Part shown: positions 12,498-25,624 of the stretch, piece after piece
How positions within the stretch are numbered: position 1 is the stretch's first letter
Layout: each line of letters opens with the position of its first letter
Assembly (NCBI GenBank): GCA_029717555.1
Contig: JAMDHS010000129.1
Coordinates: 1-41,265, forward strand
Direction: 5' to 3'
Length of the DNA stretch: 41,265 nucleotides
From: Peribolospora baueri
Lineage: Eukaryota
Notes under the pieces: generated by a model
Told to the model about the DNA's origin: nothing
Seen by the model: the letters and a program-made list of their open reading frames with translations, nothing else
Database searches by the model: none
Position numbers and translations under genes: made by a program

Positions 12498-15400
12498 TTA
12501 AGTGCCGTACTTGCCTCCCTCGTAGAAAGCGGGAGGGAGGTGTCTCGTCAGAGCGAAGAAGGGTCTTTCTACGACGATCAACTCATCCCTCCCGACGCCG
12601 CCGCCGCCAGTGACAGAAGCGGTGGCGGGGAGGATATCGACGAGGAGCAAAGGCTGGTACTTGAACGTGAGCCGGACGGCCATGTCCACCTCTACGTCCA
12701 CGACCGAACCGTCCTCCATGACGGTGACCGATGAGCCCGTGTCGTCCGCGTCCGTGGCGAGCGAGGACGATCGAGAGACGGTGGTGAGCGAAGAAGACTC
12801 GCGGCGTCTCTTGCCGCTGCGTCGCTTCCTGCTGCCTCCACCTCCCACACTGGCCAATCCCAAGGCCTCGCTGACGGGCGTCTCGAAGCGCACACTGCAC
12901 ATCCAAGTGGGACCCCAGAGGATCATGGCGTCCCCTGCCTGATCGGCTGTCGGCTTCGGCGTCGGTGTAGGACCGCCGGAAGGACGAGCAGACGATGCGG
13001 GCACCCAGACGATTCCGACGAGGCCCTCTCGCACGCTTTCGAGACGCCGTTTCACACATTCGCTCGTGCGCCGGATCCAGGATTCGGAGCCGGCTGCGGA
13101 AGAGGAAGAGCGGGCTGCTTCGAGATCATAAATCTGCACCGTGTTCGTCGGAAGACCGAGCGTAAGAAGTTGGGGGAAGGCAGGGTGGAAGGCGAGCGTA
13201 GAGGGCGGGTAAGGCGGCGACGGAAGGGTTAAGTGGTGCTGCAAGTGAGAAGGGGCGGCCCCAAGGTGAGGGAAGGAATGTATCAGCTTTTGGGTTTTCA
13301 ATCCTAACAGCCAACCGAAAGTCGGAGAGAAATATTCACCTGCAAAGAATCAAGGTTGAAGACATGCACCCGTCTTCGCAAGTCGGCCGTCGCAAGCCAC
13401 TGGCCGTCGGTACTGATGGAGGCGCAGCAAATCTGGGTGACCACCTCTCCTTCTTCGTCATCATCTCCGTCTTCGTCCACGTCGTTCTCGTCTTCGTCTC
13501 CCTCACGCTCCGCCTTGTCCATGTCTGGAGAACCCATAGGTTCGCCATTCGCCACGATGCCATTCGGACTCTTTCTCCCAGCAATTGCTCGCGTCCCTCG
13601 TTCCGCCTGAGGCCGACGGACACTGTGGTGACCGAAAGCGCGGAGAACACGACACGTCCTACCGTTGGTCTCACTCACCGCCTCAGAAGGGGCGGTGGGC
13701 AGCTCAACTATGAGCACGTATGCCGTGGCGGTCAAACAGAGAACGAGGCGGGCGGAGTCGAGAGAGAAGGTCAAGCAACTCGAGCCGGTCGATTTGGTCG
13801 CCGCGGAAAGGACGGCGGAAAAGGACTTGAGCCTGCGAGGTTTGAGACGTCCGCCCATCGCGACGTCCTCGTCGACTCGGTAAAGTTTGGTCTCGTACTG
13901 GTCGGAGACGGCGAGCCAACGGCCGTCGGGGGAGATGGCCGTGGCGGTAATATTCGTTCGCGTCTGTCGACCGAAAAAAAAAAGAACAAAAGCACTCGTC
14001 AGGATGACCAAGACCAAACCTCACAAATGTGCGCCGTTTACTCGCTCACCTTCAGCTCCATATCCAGAAGCTTGCTCCAGCCCGTGGCCTCATCCGAAAG
14101 AGCTCCGTTCGAAGCGCCGTGCAGCAACCTGTCCCCTGCGTTCTGGTCCTCGACCCTCCAAATGCCAATTCCGCTGTCCCTCCTGACCACTACCCACCGC
14201 TTCGCCTTGCACAGGTCCACTACTTTGGCGCTCCCTCTCGCCGAAGATGGGACGAAGGGAACTCTCCGCTGCACGGTGTCTGCGAACGCCGTCAGCGGTG
14301 TCGACGAGATCGGATTGTGGGCCTTGAGGGAAATGGAGGAAGGCGAGGAGGCAGGACAGAGGACGAGGCTCATGTCGAGTCCGCCGGATATCAGGACGGG
14401 TAGACGCGAGGGGAGAGAGAACAGTGTCCTCTCGCCTGCTGGGACATTTCGTCGAACGGCAGCGTCGAAAAGGCTGAAGGGTGGGTCCATGACGAGCGCG
14501 CGGACATCGTGAGAGTGCAGCCGCCTCGACGCGCTCACGATCCACTTTTCCTTTCCCACAATGCCTTTGGAGGAAGCAACGTCGTTCGTCGCTACGGCTT
14601 TGGCGGCGTTCCTGCCGACGAGAGCGAACTCTACCGTCTTTTGGTCCACGCCGCTCGAGTAGACGCTTCGCCCGTCACTGCCGACGGTCAAGCAGAGCAC
14701 ATCTGCAGCATGAACTGGAAAGCTTTGCAAAAGCGTGCCGGTGAGAGCATCCCAGAACTTGACGTGCCCTAAAGAATCGCCGGTGACCATAGTGCCGTCG
14801 CCTAGCACGCTGCACGCCCATACCAGCGTCGCCTCGTTACGCAGCTTGTCCACCGTCAGTCGCTCCACCACGCGGCCCGTATGGACGTCCCACTGTCGCG
14901 CGGATGAGTCGGCACAGCCGCCCAAAATGAAAGTATCTTCCCATTTGTCGTCCTCGTCCTCTTCATCCGCAGACGAGTCGGACTCATCGCTATCGGTCCG
15001 CATCCGAGAAGTGACGGGTACGTTGTGTGACCCCGCCTTGAGAAGCCTGGGAGGACCCCAAGAGAGGGAAAGGACCCGCGAGTTCACCCGATCGAGCCGG
15101 CCGAGGTGGTGCAAGTCTCCACCCTCAAGGGAGAGCAAGCGTACGTGACCATCTTCGCAGCCGATGGCGAGCGTCGTGGAAAGCGGGGAAGGGGAGATCG
15201 CCCAGATCGCGCCACCTAGGGAACCGATTGTTCGCTAGAGTGAGGTAGAGAAAGCGGAGAGAAAAGGGGTGCAAGTGAGGCTCTATTCAGAGATGGCTCT
15301 TCTCTCGCTCGGGCCAACCAATCCGCTCGACTCACCTTGATCGTGCCTCTCTCCATGTCCCATTCAAAGAGCTCACTACCGCCCCCTGAGCTGAAGAGCC

Positions 15401-16006
15401 TCAACATACCTGGCTCGGCGTCGGACCAAGTGAACGCGAGAGAGTCTACTTTGGAGGGGTGCGGAGCAGGAAAAGTCTGTTCAAAAGTGGGGAAAAGAAA
15501 CGTACGTGTGTGAGAGGGTGGCAATGTATAATCGAGGCGGACAGCAAAGCGGTCCAGCATCGACTGCTAAATTTTTCAACCGCGCTGCCACTCACCCTCT
15601 CTACCATCCAACCTTTCGGCAGGGCGCCTCCCTTTCTCGCAAATGCTGCGACGCCTCCGTCTCCGTTCAGCGAGGCGCGCTCATCGCCTCCGTCGACCCA
15701 GACGCAGATGTCGATGTTGCCATTGTCCCTGCCTACGGCCAAAATGGGCCGATGTCGAGCGAGGGCCTGCGCATCCGTGTCTGATTTGAGGGAGGCATGG
15801 ACGTTATGCGAGCGGGAGGCGAGGCGGGCGGCGGAGGAGATGGCGAACGGGGAGCTGGAGGGAGAAGGAGGGAGGGCGAGAGCAGTGATAGGAGATGGCA
15901 TGTAGTCTACGAATCGGACTCGGTGCAAAGGAATGGTGGGCGCCGGGCCGCCGAGAGAGGACACGGAGGGGGTGGAGGAGTGCGAGTGGGGGAGGGAGAC
16001 GGGCAT
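12498..16006 (-). CDS. UTP4: U3 snoRNA-associated protein 4 (WD40, SSU processome)
   Basis: LHRVRFVDYMPSPITALA, LAVGRDNGNIDI, RLFSSGGGSELFEWD, TGDSLGHVKFWD, HAADVLCL, RRLHSHDVRAL and the C-terminal ELIVVERPF...LPPAFY..KYGT typical of Utp4. Multiple GT-AG introns. Confidence 0.92.
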
Positions 16007-17415
16007 GGTGAGAGCTGTGAACAGATCGGAAACAGTTTGGCGTGCGAGTTGTGGACGTTCCTAGGCGCAACAGTCGTTGGCGGCGCTCGGGGACAAAGAG
16101 AAAAAGAGAAAGGCGAAGGCAGGATGAGAATGAAGGAGAAGAGGTCGCCTGCAGTCCGCCTCGCCGTCGTTGTCCTTGTCGTCGAAGCTCGCCTTAGTCC
16201 TTTTTCCTTCCTCGTCTGCCGTCTGAGCTCTGATGAGCAAGTTTCCTTGTGCTGTCATTGCCGCAGCTTTTGAAAGATGGCACGGACGCCGCAGTTGGCT
16301 GAATTTCGCACGAGGGTCGATCACCGGTCTCGTGAGTGACCTGCCTGGCCATGCCTGGGAAGAGTCACAACGCACATAGCGAGAGCAGTCAAGTGCATGT
16401 ATCGCCAGCCAGCATCCTTTCAGCGTCCCTTGTCACGTCAAAGCGGCTATTCTCGGAAGACTTTGTGGTCATACAAGCTTTAGCTAGCCTGGATGGGCAG
16501 CCTGATGACAAGGAGGGGGAAAATGAAACATAGTCAAACAGCACGTACAACTGTCTTTACTGACATAGATGGGCATGATCTGAGGTCAGCTTGAGCATAT
16601 GCGACCGACGGTGCGGGTAATGATCGACGGCACGGCTAATTATCGAGGCTGGTAGAAGACGGGCTAGGAATGGGGCAATGGATTAGAGATGAGGGACGAG
16701 AGCAAGGGAGGGAGGGGAGGCAGGACGGACCGACGAGGGGGCGGTGGTGACGGACAGTGATGGAGAACTCACAGACCAGTAAGTAACTCTTTTTTTATCA
16801 GCAAGACAGTTTTCCTGGGGCCATGGAAGATCCGCTTCGCCAGGCGGCGGATCGCCGAACGTACGCCACCACGATGGCCTGGAAGAAGGGAAGAAGAAAA
16901 GATGGAAAGGGGCCGGAGCTGGACTCCGATCTCCCACAGCAGGCGTGATAATCAGATCTCACCACGACTGTAGGTGATCATGTCCTGTGAACCTTTGCGT
17001 GTAGTGAAGTGAGAGGCTAAGCGCGCAAGGAGTCTTGTCTCGTTCAGCCAAAGAAAGATGCTGGGGGAAAGCGGCAGAGCTTGAGGCAGTGGTCCTGGGC
17101 GGAAAAGGTAATACAAGTAGGAGCGATGAGTGTTCGCCATGGCGACAAGGCGGGTAAGACTGTCGACTTGAAGTCTTCTCAGCGGCCGATGTGGGCTTCG
17201 AGCAACAGGACCTGCAGCCAAAACGAGGGCTAGAATGAGCGATGGAGGGACAGCAGGACAGCGCGCGAGAAGTGCGTCAGAAGAAGTGCGCCAGGACGTG
17301 CACTCGCACTCGCGGGCTTGGTCGCTCGCCAATGGTGGACGGAGCCTTGTACAGATCATTTCCCCTTCCTTCGCCTCGCCTTTTCCAACAGGGACAAGGA
17401 TGCTTCATGGTCGGG

Positions 17416-17441
17416 CCCACATTCAGGCCCCACATTCAGGC
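17416..17441. repeat. Tandem 13-mer CCCACATTCAGGC x2
   Basis: Exact direct repeat at 17416-17428 and 17429-17441. Confidence 0.9.
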
Positions 17442-17466
17442 CCGACAATCGACGACATAAGTCTAA

Positions 17467-17592
17467 ATCACGCGTGATCACGTGCGGCACCGACCGACCG
17501 TGCAGGGTCGCTGGAGACCACGAGGAGAAAGAGAAACAGCAGCAAAAGGAATGGAGTGCCAGCCATCGACGAGGAGGCGGACTGGTATATAA
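17467..17592 (+). promoter_or_regulatory. Putative promoter of the Uds1-domain gene: nested palindromes (MCB + E-box) and TATA
   Basis: ATCACGCGTGAT 12-bp palindrome at 17467-17478 containing ACGCGT, overlapping CGTGATCACG and CACGTG (17479-17484). TATATAA at 17586-17592. Confidence 0.45.
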
Positions 17593-17725
17593 TAAAAATT
17601 TCAAAGCCGAAGGTTCTATCGTACGGTGGCGCAGTTGGACTAGTTACTTAACCAACGAACGATGCGCCCGCCTCCAGCGCCGCCTAAGACAACACCACCA
17701 CCACCTCGACCCGTCCGGCGGCGAC

Positions 17726-20700
17726 ATGCTTCCGCACCGCAGCCGCCGGCTCGACGCAAGCGGCGCTCGCTCACCACGTTCTCACCAAACTCCTCCATCA
17801 CCATCACCGCCCGCCGCCCTTCACCATCCTTCGCCTCCCTCCACCCTTATGATCGCCCCTCCCATGGCCAGCCCAGGCTGCCCTCCAGCCCCGCTCCCGG
17901 CCTCCGCGCCCTACCGCCGGCGGTCGAGCGGGGCGGCGAGGAGGATAAGGGCCAGCGCCAGTAAGGCAAGCACGACCTCGAGCTCCCGCACGAGCACGGG
18001 CAAGGGTCTTGCTGATCTTGACGCGCTCTTGTCCCAAGAGCTCGGCTTCATCGACTCTCCCGTCACCATAGTCGAGTCCCCTTCCTCGCCCATTTCTCCC
18101 GGCTTTCCTCGCGCGCCGCCAAAGCTCGCCGTGGAACGCTTGGACGGCACCGCCGTCGTCCCGGCAGGCGCGATGCTGAGAGAGGAGGACGGCGTCGCGA
18201 GCCCCGTTCGGCAGCCCACGGCCGATGATATGATCCTCGGTCTCTTGGCTAGCCAGGCCAGCCTGGATGCCACCAAGGAGGGATGGACGATGATGGGCTT
18301 CGAGGAGGTGGAGGAGAGCAAGAAGGTCAGTGGACCGGCCAACGGCCATTCCTTTATTCCCTTTTTCTTTTCCTCTCTCTACCTCTTGTATTGGACCACT
18401 CCCGCTGACAATGCCACTTCCCCTCTCTTGCAGGAGCTACAACACCTCGCGACCCGTATTTCTGCTCTGACGCATAAGCTCTCCCTTGAGATCAAGATCC
18501 GTGACGCCGCCTTGTCCCTGCACAAGGCCAGCGCCCGGTCCGCCACCTCCACCTCCTTCCCACCCATTGGCAGCGTCCCTCCCACCCCTTCGTCCTTCGG
18601 ATTCCCGAACCTCGCTATACCACTTTCGCCTGCCTCCCCGAGCCCCGCGGCGTCTCTCCCCTCCCCGCTCCTACCCCCGGACCCGCAACATCAAGCTGAG
18701 CTTGAGTCGGCGACGAGGAAGATCGAGGCGGTGCGCGTAGAGCTATACCGCCTCGTCCAGCGAGAGGCGTCGGTGCGACGCAAGCTGCTCGAGCATAACG
18801 CCGCCGCGCTGGCGGCGAGGGTGAGCCGGTTGGAGGAGGACGGCGCAGAAGGGAGCGGCAGGACGAGGAGGGGAAGCGACGGGAGCGCGGACACGTCGAC
18901 GATTGCGACGAGCGTCAGCTCCGTGGGCTACAACAAGCGCTTTGAAGGACCCCACCTTTTTGCGGATGCTTCCTCGTCGCCAGCAGCCAAAGTCGCCGCC
19001 GCCGGGAGCGGTAGCGTGATGGCCCACGTCGCCAGCTTGGAAGCGCAAGTGCACGAGCTCGAGTCCGTTTCGGAGGGCCTTCGAAACGAGCTGGACGACG
19101 CTCGCGCCGAGGCAGAGCAGTTGGAGGAGGAGCTATCCTCTGCTCGTCAGGCGAGCCGCGCCATGGAGAAGGCACACGCCGCTCTGCGAGACGCACGTGC
19201 CCGCGCTGAGACGCTGGAGAATGCTTTGGCGGAGGAGCGGAGACGGGTAGAAGAGGAGCTCGATGGCCGACATAAGCATTTCGAGGCGGCCGAGCTGAGG
19301 GCCCGCCAGGAGGCGGACGAGCTTCGGGAGCAGATGCGTCGCTCGGCCGAGGAGCGCGAGGATACCTTCCGCGAGATGGAGGTCCGCCTCGGCGAGTTGG
19401 CTCGCGAGGCGGACATCGCAAAGGCGCGATTATTGGAGGGGGAACAGGAAGTCGCTTTGGCTAGGGAGCAAAACACCGCCGTGGAGCGCCGGGTGAGAGC
19501 CGCCGAGGAGAGACTGAAGGAGAGCGTGAAGAGATGCGCAAAGCTGCTGGGCAAGGACGACGGGAGGGAGGAGATGGAGCTCATGCTGGAGCGCATCAAG
19601 CTGGGTCAGGCGAGGGAGCGTAACCGGGACGACCTTGGCCGGGACTTTGCCGACCTGATGACCTCGATGGAAGAGCACTTGGCCGACATCGAACACGAGA
19701 TCCTGACCTTCCGCCAGCGAGATTGGCTCAGCGAGGAGGGCGAGGGAGGCAAGGATGGCGACGTCGCCGCCGTTCTCAAGGCGGAGAGGAACGGGTCGGC
19801 CGGCCCGGAGACGACCTCGGACGCTGCCTTAGAGCGCGTGCAGGAGGCGGAGAAGGAGTTGAAGGAGAGCAGGAGAGCATTGGCGGAGCTTCGCAAGCTG
19901 GTTCCTAACCTTCCTCGCGGACTCACCGAAGGGACACGGCTAGCGTTGAAAATGGCCGTCGAGTCCGAGGGCGAGCCGGGCACGGTTGTGTCTTCAGAGG
20001 GTATGGAGGATGAAGAGGGTGCGCGGAGCGATTTGGAAAAGAAGGAGAAGGAGTGGGAGGAGAACGCGAAGGGATGGAGAGAGAAGGAGACGAAGCTGTG
20101 AGTCACCCCGTTTCCCGGCACGACGCGCGCTTGCTTTAGTCGTCCATACTTATTCTCTCCCCTCTTTTTTCGTTGGCGACCTCCAGTAACGAGGAACTCT
20201 CCGAGATGAAGGAAAAAATTGAACTCATCCGCGGGGAGAAGCGAAGGCTGGAGGTCCAACTGTCTACAACAACGGGTCTCGGCACGAACAATAGCCATCA
20301 CCATCTCCGAGGGACCTCTACTTCGTCATCCCACCTCTCCCCTCTCCCCTCTCCCGTCAACCCCAGTTTCTCTCTCGGCGGCTCTCCGCGCAGTATCACC
20401 CTTGGAATGGACAGCAACGCCCTAGCTGCAAGGGTGCGAGAATTGGAGAGAGAGCTCCGCAACGTCGCTTCGATGCGCGCCAAAGCTTCAAGAGCTGCTG
20501 AACTAGAGGCGGAACTGGAGGAGATGAAGCAAGACCTCGCGGACGCGCAGGACGAGCTGGACGAGATCAAGGGCAAGGAGCAAAAACAGCGAATCCAGTT
20601 GTTGTGAGTGTTCTCCTTCTGCCCTCTTGTTTTGCCCCGGCTTTGTTCGCTCTCGACGATCTACTCTTCTGCCTTATTTCGCTGGGCGACATTGACGTAC

Positions 20701-20835
20701 CATTTTCCCATTCCCTTTGTTTTTGGACACAGGGACGAAATGAACCAGTTGCAGCAGGATCTTGCCACCGCGCGGGCCCAATTGCGACAGGGGCAGCGCA
20801 GGAATAAGGCGGGCCCCAACGCCGCGGACAATTGA
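17726..20835 (+). CDS. Uds1 (Up-regulated During Septation) domain coiled-coil protein
   Basis: LLASQASLDA...GFEEVEESKK/ELQHLATRISALTHKLSLEIKIRDAALSL and ELYRLVQREASVRRKLLEHNAAALA match the Uds1 domain pattern. Long coiled coil ending KEQKQRIQLL/DEMNQLQQDLATARAQLR. Introns at about 18326-18433, 20098-20186 and 20604-20732. Start at 17726 or 17849. Confidence 0.75.
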
Positions 20836-21311
20836 TGTTAATTTTTTTTTCCTCTTCTTCATGTTGGCCGATCGCAGCTCGCTGTCGCTATCTCAATTTT
20901 TTTCTCCCATTCTATCGTTACGAGAGCGGCTGATCCCCTCGATCGCTGCCTCTTCTGTTCGTTTTTCTCGAGTTTCCGTTTGTTTTCTTACGTATACGCA
21001 GCTTTCAGATGAGGAAGGAGTTACTACTCCTCTCAATCACTCTCCTTTGGAGGTTCCCCCCTTTTTCTCCATCTTATCGGAGGGCCGATCGTTACCCGAA
21101 CGCCCATCCCCCAGCCCTACGCTCGTTTCTTCGTATTTGTATTGGATTAGTACGGGGATGTACGTCTATCGCCGCAATGCTTGCGCATGCCCCTCGAAAG
21201 GGCTGCAAGCTAATCAAATCTATACCTTGTCCTGATCCTCGGGCTCCTTTATGATGACAGCCAGACGGGGTCATGGAAGACGAAAAGCATAGATGCCAGC
21301 GGACGCGTCCA

Positions 21312-22199
21312 TTAGTCCGCCTTGCTCCCGTCCTCGGCTGCTGTCATCTCTCCCTCCTCTGTCGCCTTCTTCGTATTCTGCAATCCCTGAAGCTTGATCA
21401 CGCCTGCCGAGTTTCTCTTTTGAAGCTCGCTTTCCTTCCAAGGCTTGGCGACATCGGCGAGCATCTGCTCGATCTGCCGAATCATCGCCCACCGCTCCTC
21501 CGCCATCTTTGCGTCCGCTGGCTTGGAGCGCTTCTTGGCGTTGATGTGAATCGTCACCCTGATCATCGGTCCGGCCTTGATGAAATCCTTGCGCGCCTTG
21601 GAGAGCTTGTGGCCGAGGTCATGGGCGCTGACGCCCCATGTCAGTTGGAGCTCCTTCTCCTCCGGCTCGCCATGTCGGCCCTGACCCGCAGCGGCAGCCC
21701 TCCTCTTCTCCTTCTCCTTCGCCTTGGCGGCCTTCTGCTTCTCGTACTCAGTCTTCTTGTCCAACAGCTTGCATATCGGAGCTGCCTCTGGAGAGCCCGG
21801 CGGCGCGTCCGGATCGGCAAGAGCGACCTGGATGAGCCAGTGGCGCGAGCGGTCAATTGAGGCGAGGACCTTGGACGTTGGCCTTGGCGGAAGCAGCTTG
21901 TTCGTCTCCGGGTCGACGACGCGCACCTTTCGCGCGGTGATCTCTTCGTCCCGCACGATTTGAGAAGACTGTGTGAGGGAGAGGACGCGGGCGGTGGTGG
22001 TGAACGCGGCGTGCGCCCCCGTCCATGGCTGCGAGGCGTGACATCGCGACGAGGTGGACGGTGATCGGGGCAGGGTGAGAGAGGAGAAGCAGGAGCGACA
22101 GGAAGGTCGCGGGGGCAACGTGAACGACATTGGTCGAACACAGAGAGAACCTGTGGCGAGAGCGCCCTTGACGAGCTTGCGCAATGCTGTCGAGTCCAT
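21312..22199 (-). CDS. Mitochondrial translation initiation factor IF-3-like protein
   Basis: Arg/Ser-rich presequence-like N-terminus, IF3-N-like VRDEEITARKVRVVDPET...PICKLLD and IF3-C-like EKELQLTWGVSAHDLGHKLSKARKDF. Intronless ORF; alternative start at 22130. Confidence 0.8.
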   Translation of the reverse strand: MDSTALRKLVKGALATGSLCVRPMSFTLPPRPSCRSCFSSLTLPRSPSTSSRCHASQPWTGAHAAFTTTARVLSLTQSSQIVRDEEITARKVRVVDPETNKLLPPRPTSKVLASIDRSRHWLIQVALADPDAPPGSPEAAPICKLLDKKTEYEKQKAAKAKEKEKRRAAAAGQGRHGEPEEKELQLTWGVSAHDLGHKLSKARKDFIKAGPMIRVTIHINAKKRSKPADAKMAEERWAMIRQIEQMLADVAKPWKESELQKRNSAGVIKLQGLQNTKKATEEGEMTAAEDGSKAD

Positions 22200-22419
22200 C
22201 GTCGTTGGCGGGAGATGTTCAAGTCCAAGTCAGGTTTGGTGGGACGGGAAGATGTCGAAGGTACTGCTGCGGCTTATCCGAAGTGGGACCAGCTCGAGCC
22301 GTGATCTACACCTTATCTGGAAGGCAGTGGATAAGAAGAGGAGCAAGAAGAGAAGGAAGAAGTCGACTGACTCGACGACGAAGTGGGCTCTTCCCTTCTC
22401 CTTCTCTCGACCGCCAATA

Positions 22420-24333
22420 ATGATCGTCCCCGTTGCCGTCTCGGCGACGTTCGCCGCCGTCCTGGCCTTGCTCGCATACTGGCCCCGTGAGTCGCAGTCA
22501 TTCACTCGCACATCCATCTCGACGCCCTCTCACCCTCATACTTTCTTCGCGTCGTCTGCCATCTTTCTTCCGCTCGGTTTTACAGGCCAAAAGTTCACAA
22601 CCTTGCACGGGTACTACATCGAGCGCTCCTCGCTGCCGTCCACCAACTTGAACGCCTGCGAGCTCGTCCGCGGCCCTGCCTTCTGCGATGATGTCGTGCT
22701 GCACGAACACTCAGGCACGGCTTACATGGCGTGCGACCCCACCCGGCCGTTTTGGGACCCGTTGCGGCATGTGTGGGAAGAATCCGGAGAGAGAAGTGGA
22801 GGGGACGTGTGGTGGTGGAAAGTCGGGGTGAGCTAATGACCGTAGGAAAGCGTAAGGAGACCGACACGGACTGATGCCTTTGACTCAATTCCGACCTGTG
22901 GACATCACAGGAAAGCGCACCTCCCAGAAAACTGGCATTGAAAGGTCTCCCATCTGGCGACCAATTCCATCCGCTGGCACTGTCAGTCATTCACTCCAAT
23001 ATTTCCAACCCATCATCGGAAGAAGTCCTTGTGCTCGTCTCCAATCATCCCACTCCCGGTGACAACGGTGTTGTGGATGTATTCGTCCATCCTGTCTCGC
23101 CCGCATTGGACGGACTACCGGCGTTCCGGGGCAACGAGCTCGTCCACATCCGACGGGTCCAAGGCGAGGAACTCGAGCATCAGAGTCCTCACCGCTTGCA
23201 TGCAGTGTGGGATCAGCCTTCCTTGCCCGTCAAGGCTACCGGCCTCCCCGCCGCGCATCCTTCCTTGCGCGTTCCTTCTTTTTTTTTTTCCACAGTTCCA
23301 AAGGTACCAGCGCGCATTTGGAATTATGTTCCCGAGCTCCTGGGTTACTTGTTCCCCACTTCTGCTGGAGTCTCTTATTACCATGCCCGAGCCGGCCTCA
23401 GCAGGACCGTGATTAGCGGCCTCGAGACTAGCACGCCTTTCGGCATCGCTATCAAGGTATGGGACGGAGGCGGTCCCGAGGCTGGGAGCAATTCCACTAG
23501 CGACGTCGTATTCGCCGCTTCCGCCTACAAGGGAGAGGTGGCGGAGTGGTCTCAACATTGGGTGGACGTAAGTTTTTTTTTTTTTTTTTTGGCCATGCGC
23601 CCTTTAGTTGTACGTATTCTGAATCTCACCTTCGAACTCGCTTCGCCAGACCAACGCTTTCCGTGAGGTCGTCCCCGACCCATCCCACTCCCTCCTCCCT
23701 ACCCCTCCTCCGCCGCCAGCCCCTCAACCGGGCCCCCGCTCCCTCTACACGCTCAAGTCCGTCTTCATGCATACGCCCTCCTTCGTCAACTTCTTCCACT
23801 TTACGGCCGGATATCCATTGTACGCCATCGACGTCGACAAATTCGGGCGTCTTTGGGGAGTGAGCAACAGACGCAAGCCAGACGTAGACGCCTGGGTGGA
23901 GGCGGTACGCTCTTCGAACGGCTCTAGCATACGCGCCGAGCGACTGGCCAGAAGGCCCGGCGCGACGGTCTCTCAGTCCACATTCGTCGCGCGTCTCGGT
24001 GGGACCTTTTCGATCAGCCGGCTCGACGACGCAACCGTCCGCCCCTGGGAGGTAGCCAAGCTCAAGGAACAGCGCTCAAAAGGCCATTTCGTGCCCAAAG
24101 AGTGGTTCACCTCCACCGTCTTCTCCAATCCTGGTTTCGATCCGCCCTCAGCAGAAGGCGGCAGCGCGAACGGCGAGGGGTACGATCCGAAGCTGCATGG
24201 TTTTCTTCCTGCCGTAGCGAGTGCGCTGGCAATTGATTTGCCAGGAAAGAGGGTAATCGTAGTGGGCGGTTACGAGGAGAGGGGGATCGCGTTGTGCGAG
24301 GTGCCCGAAGGCGAGGCGGAAATGGACAGTTGA
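22420..24333 (+). CDS. Paraoxonase/arylesterase-fold (six-bladed beta-propeller) protein with N-terminal signal anchor, divergent
   Basis: Hydrophobic N-terminus. C-x8-C-DD..L...SG.AYMACDP.R..W.P and FHPLAL motifs resemble fungal PON-like proteins. Introns at about 22487-22585, 22828-22910 and 23568-~23650. Confidence 0.6.
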
Positions 24334-25624
24334 TATCACAAGACACGACACTGGCGACGACGGATAGCCGGGCTGGGACCTATTTACTATCTTCACCTCC
24401 AGGTCAGCTCTGCGGATGCGTGGACGCGCCTGAGCCAGGTATGTGCTACTTGATGAGCATTTTGCGTCAACCTCTTGAACTGTCGTCCATAGGATGAGCG
24501 AAAATGTCGAGCGTCCCGGAAAGGCCTCCTTTAACACACTCTTTATCTTCCGGACTGCACTTGCCCGCGCGCCCCGAAAGGATAGGAGCGGAGCTCTAGC
24601 GTTGACGAGGACGAGAGCTCGTAGGATCGTGTGCACTTCTTCCGAAAATACGAAGGCTCACGCAAAAAACCTCCTCATACCGACCTGCACGGCGCCGTCG
24701 CCCCAAGCCTCAGACATTGTCTGAGAGACCCCCCGTATATTGAGCGTACGTTAATCGAGGCCGTCGTAAGTGGGCGGTGCAGCAACGGAGATCCCCCCAA
24801 AAGCAACTTGTCGTAACCTTGGCTATGACCTGTCTGGCTCAACCTTGCTTCCATCAGAGTCAGCGACGGGAGCAGCTCCTCTTGGCCAGAAAAAAGTGAA
24901 TATGCGGGAGGAGTATGACAATGGGACGTAGTATCATCGAGTTCATAGTACGAACTGTTGCAGCAACGTAAGAAAGTGAGAATGTGAGGTTATTGAACAA
25001 GAATGTCAAGATCCGGCATGCTGAACATCTCCGGCGTCGGTCGACTGCCAAGTCGACTACATGGCGTCTCTGACCTCCACCAGCCAGCTGCTTGGCAACT
25101 TCAACAGCAGGACCTGCGGGTCCTTTCAGTACTTCAGGGGCGCCACGACATTTTTCTTTCGCTTTTCTTTCCTTGGCGTCGAGGCATCTCTATCCAACAA
25201 GGAGTGGCTAGTCGAGTGCCCGCTTGCTCTTTGTCTCATCGCGCTCGCTTTCGTGCGCTTCATCTTGCGTATCGCGGGGACTAAGGCGACGTCGCCTATC
25301 CATTCGGAGGATTGATGAGCAGACGGTTAAACTTTGCCGAGGTCTCATACGCACAGGGATCGTGAGGCTGGAGACGGGAGACCCATAATGACCATTTATT
25401 ATTTCCCGGCGTCCTGAATGTGTCAGAATATTGGGGTACAGTGCTCGAGTACAGAGGTGTCTAGTGCGCACGATAGGAAGACGATGCGTGAAAAATGCCG
25501 AGCCGAGTGCGGGGGAGCGGAACGGAAAGAGCGCGGAGGACCTTCCCTCAGTCCTGAACGTAATACCGAACATGCAAGCTCTTGCTGCAACCCAGGGTTC
25601 CATGTATTTGTATACAGTTATCCT

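Noticed and set aside
13364..14512. 382-aa plus-strand ORF
   Set aside because: Antisense to UTP4 exons; an expected artefact of GC-rich codon usage.
16226..16310. PAC/RRPE ribosome-biogenesis motifs upstream of UTP4
   Set aside because: Only a partial GATGAG and no good RRPE match; not distinguishable from chance.
17318..17725. N-terminal 136 aa of the 927-aa ORF
   Set aside because: It starts at a non-ATG codon and crosses the tandem repeat, palindromes and TATA box, so it is probably promoter sequence.
23279..23295. T11 run followed by CCACAG as an intron acceptor or phase-variation tract
   Set aside because: There is no matching donor upstream, and the frame reads through as SFFFST at a plausible propeller strand.
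24334..25624. Short ORFs in the 1.3-kb gap between convergent genes
   Set aside because: No motifs, coding bias or consistent splice structure; likely 3' UTRs or intergenic DNA.
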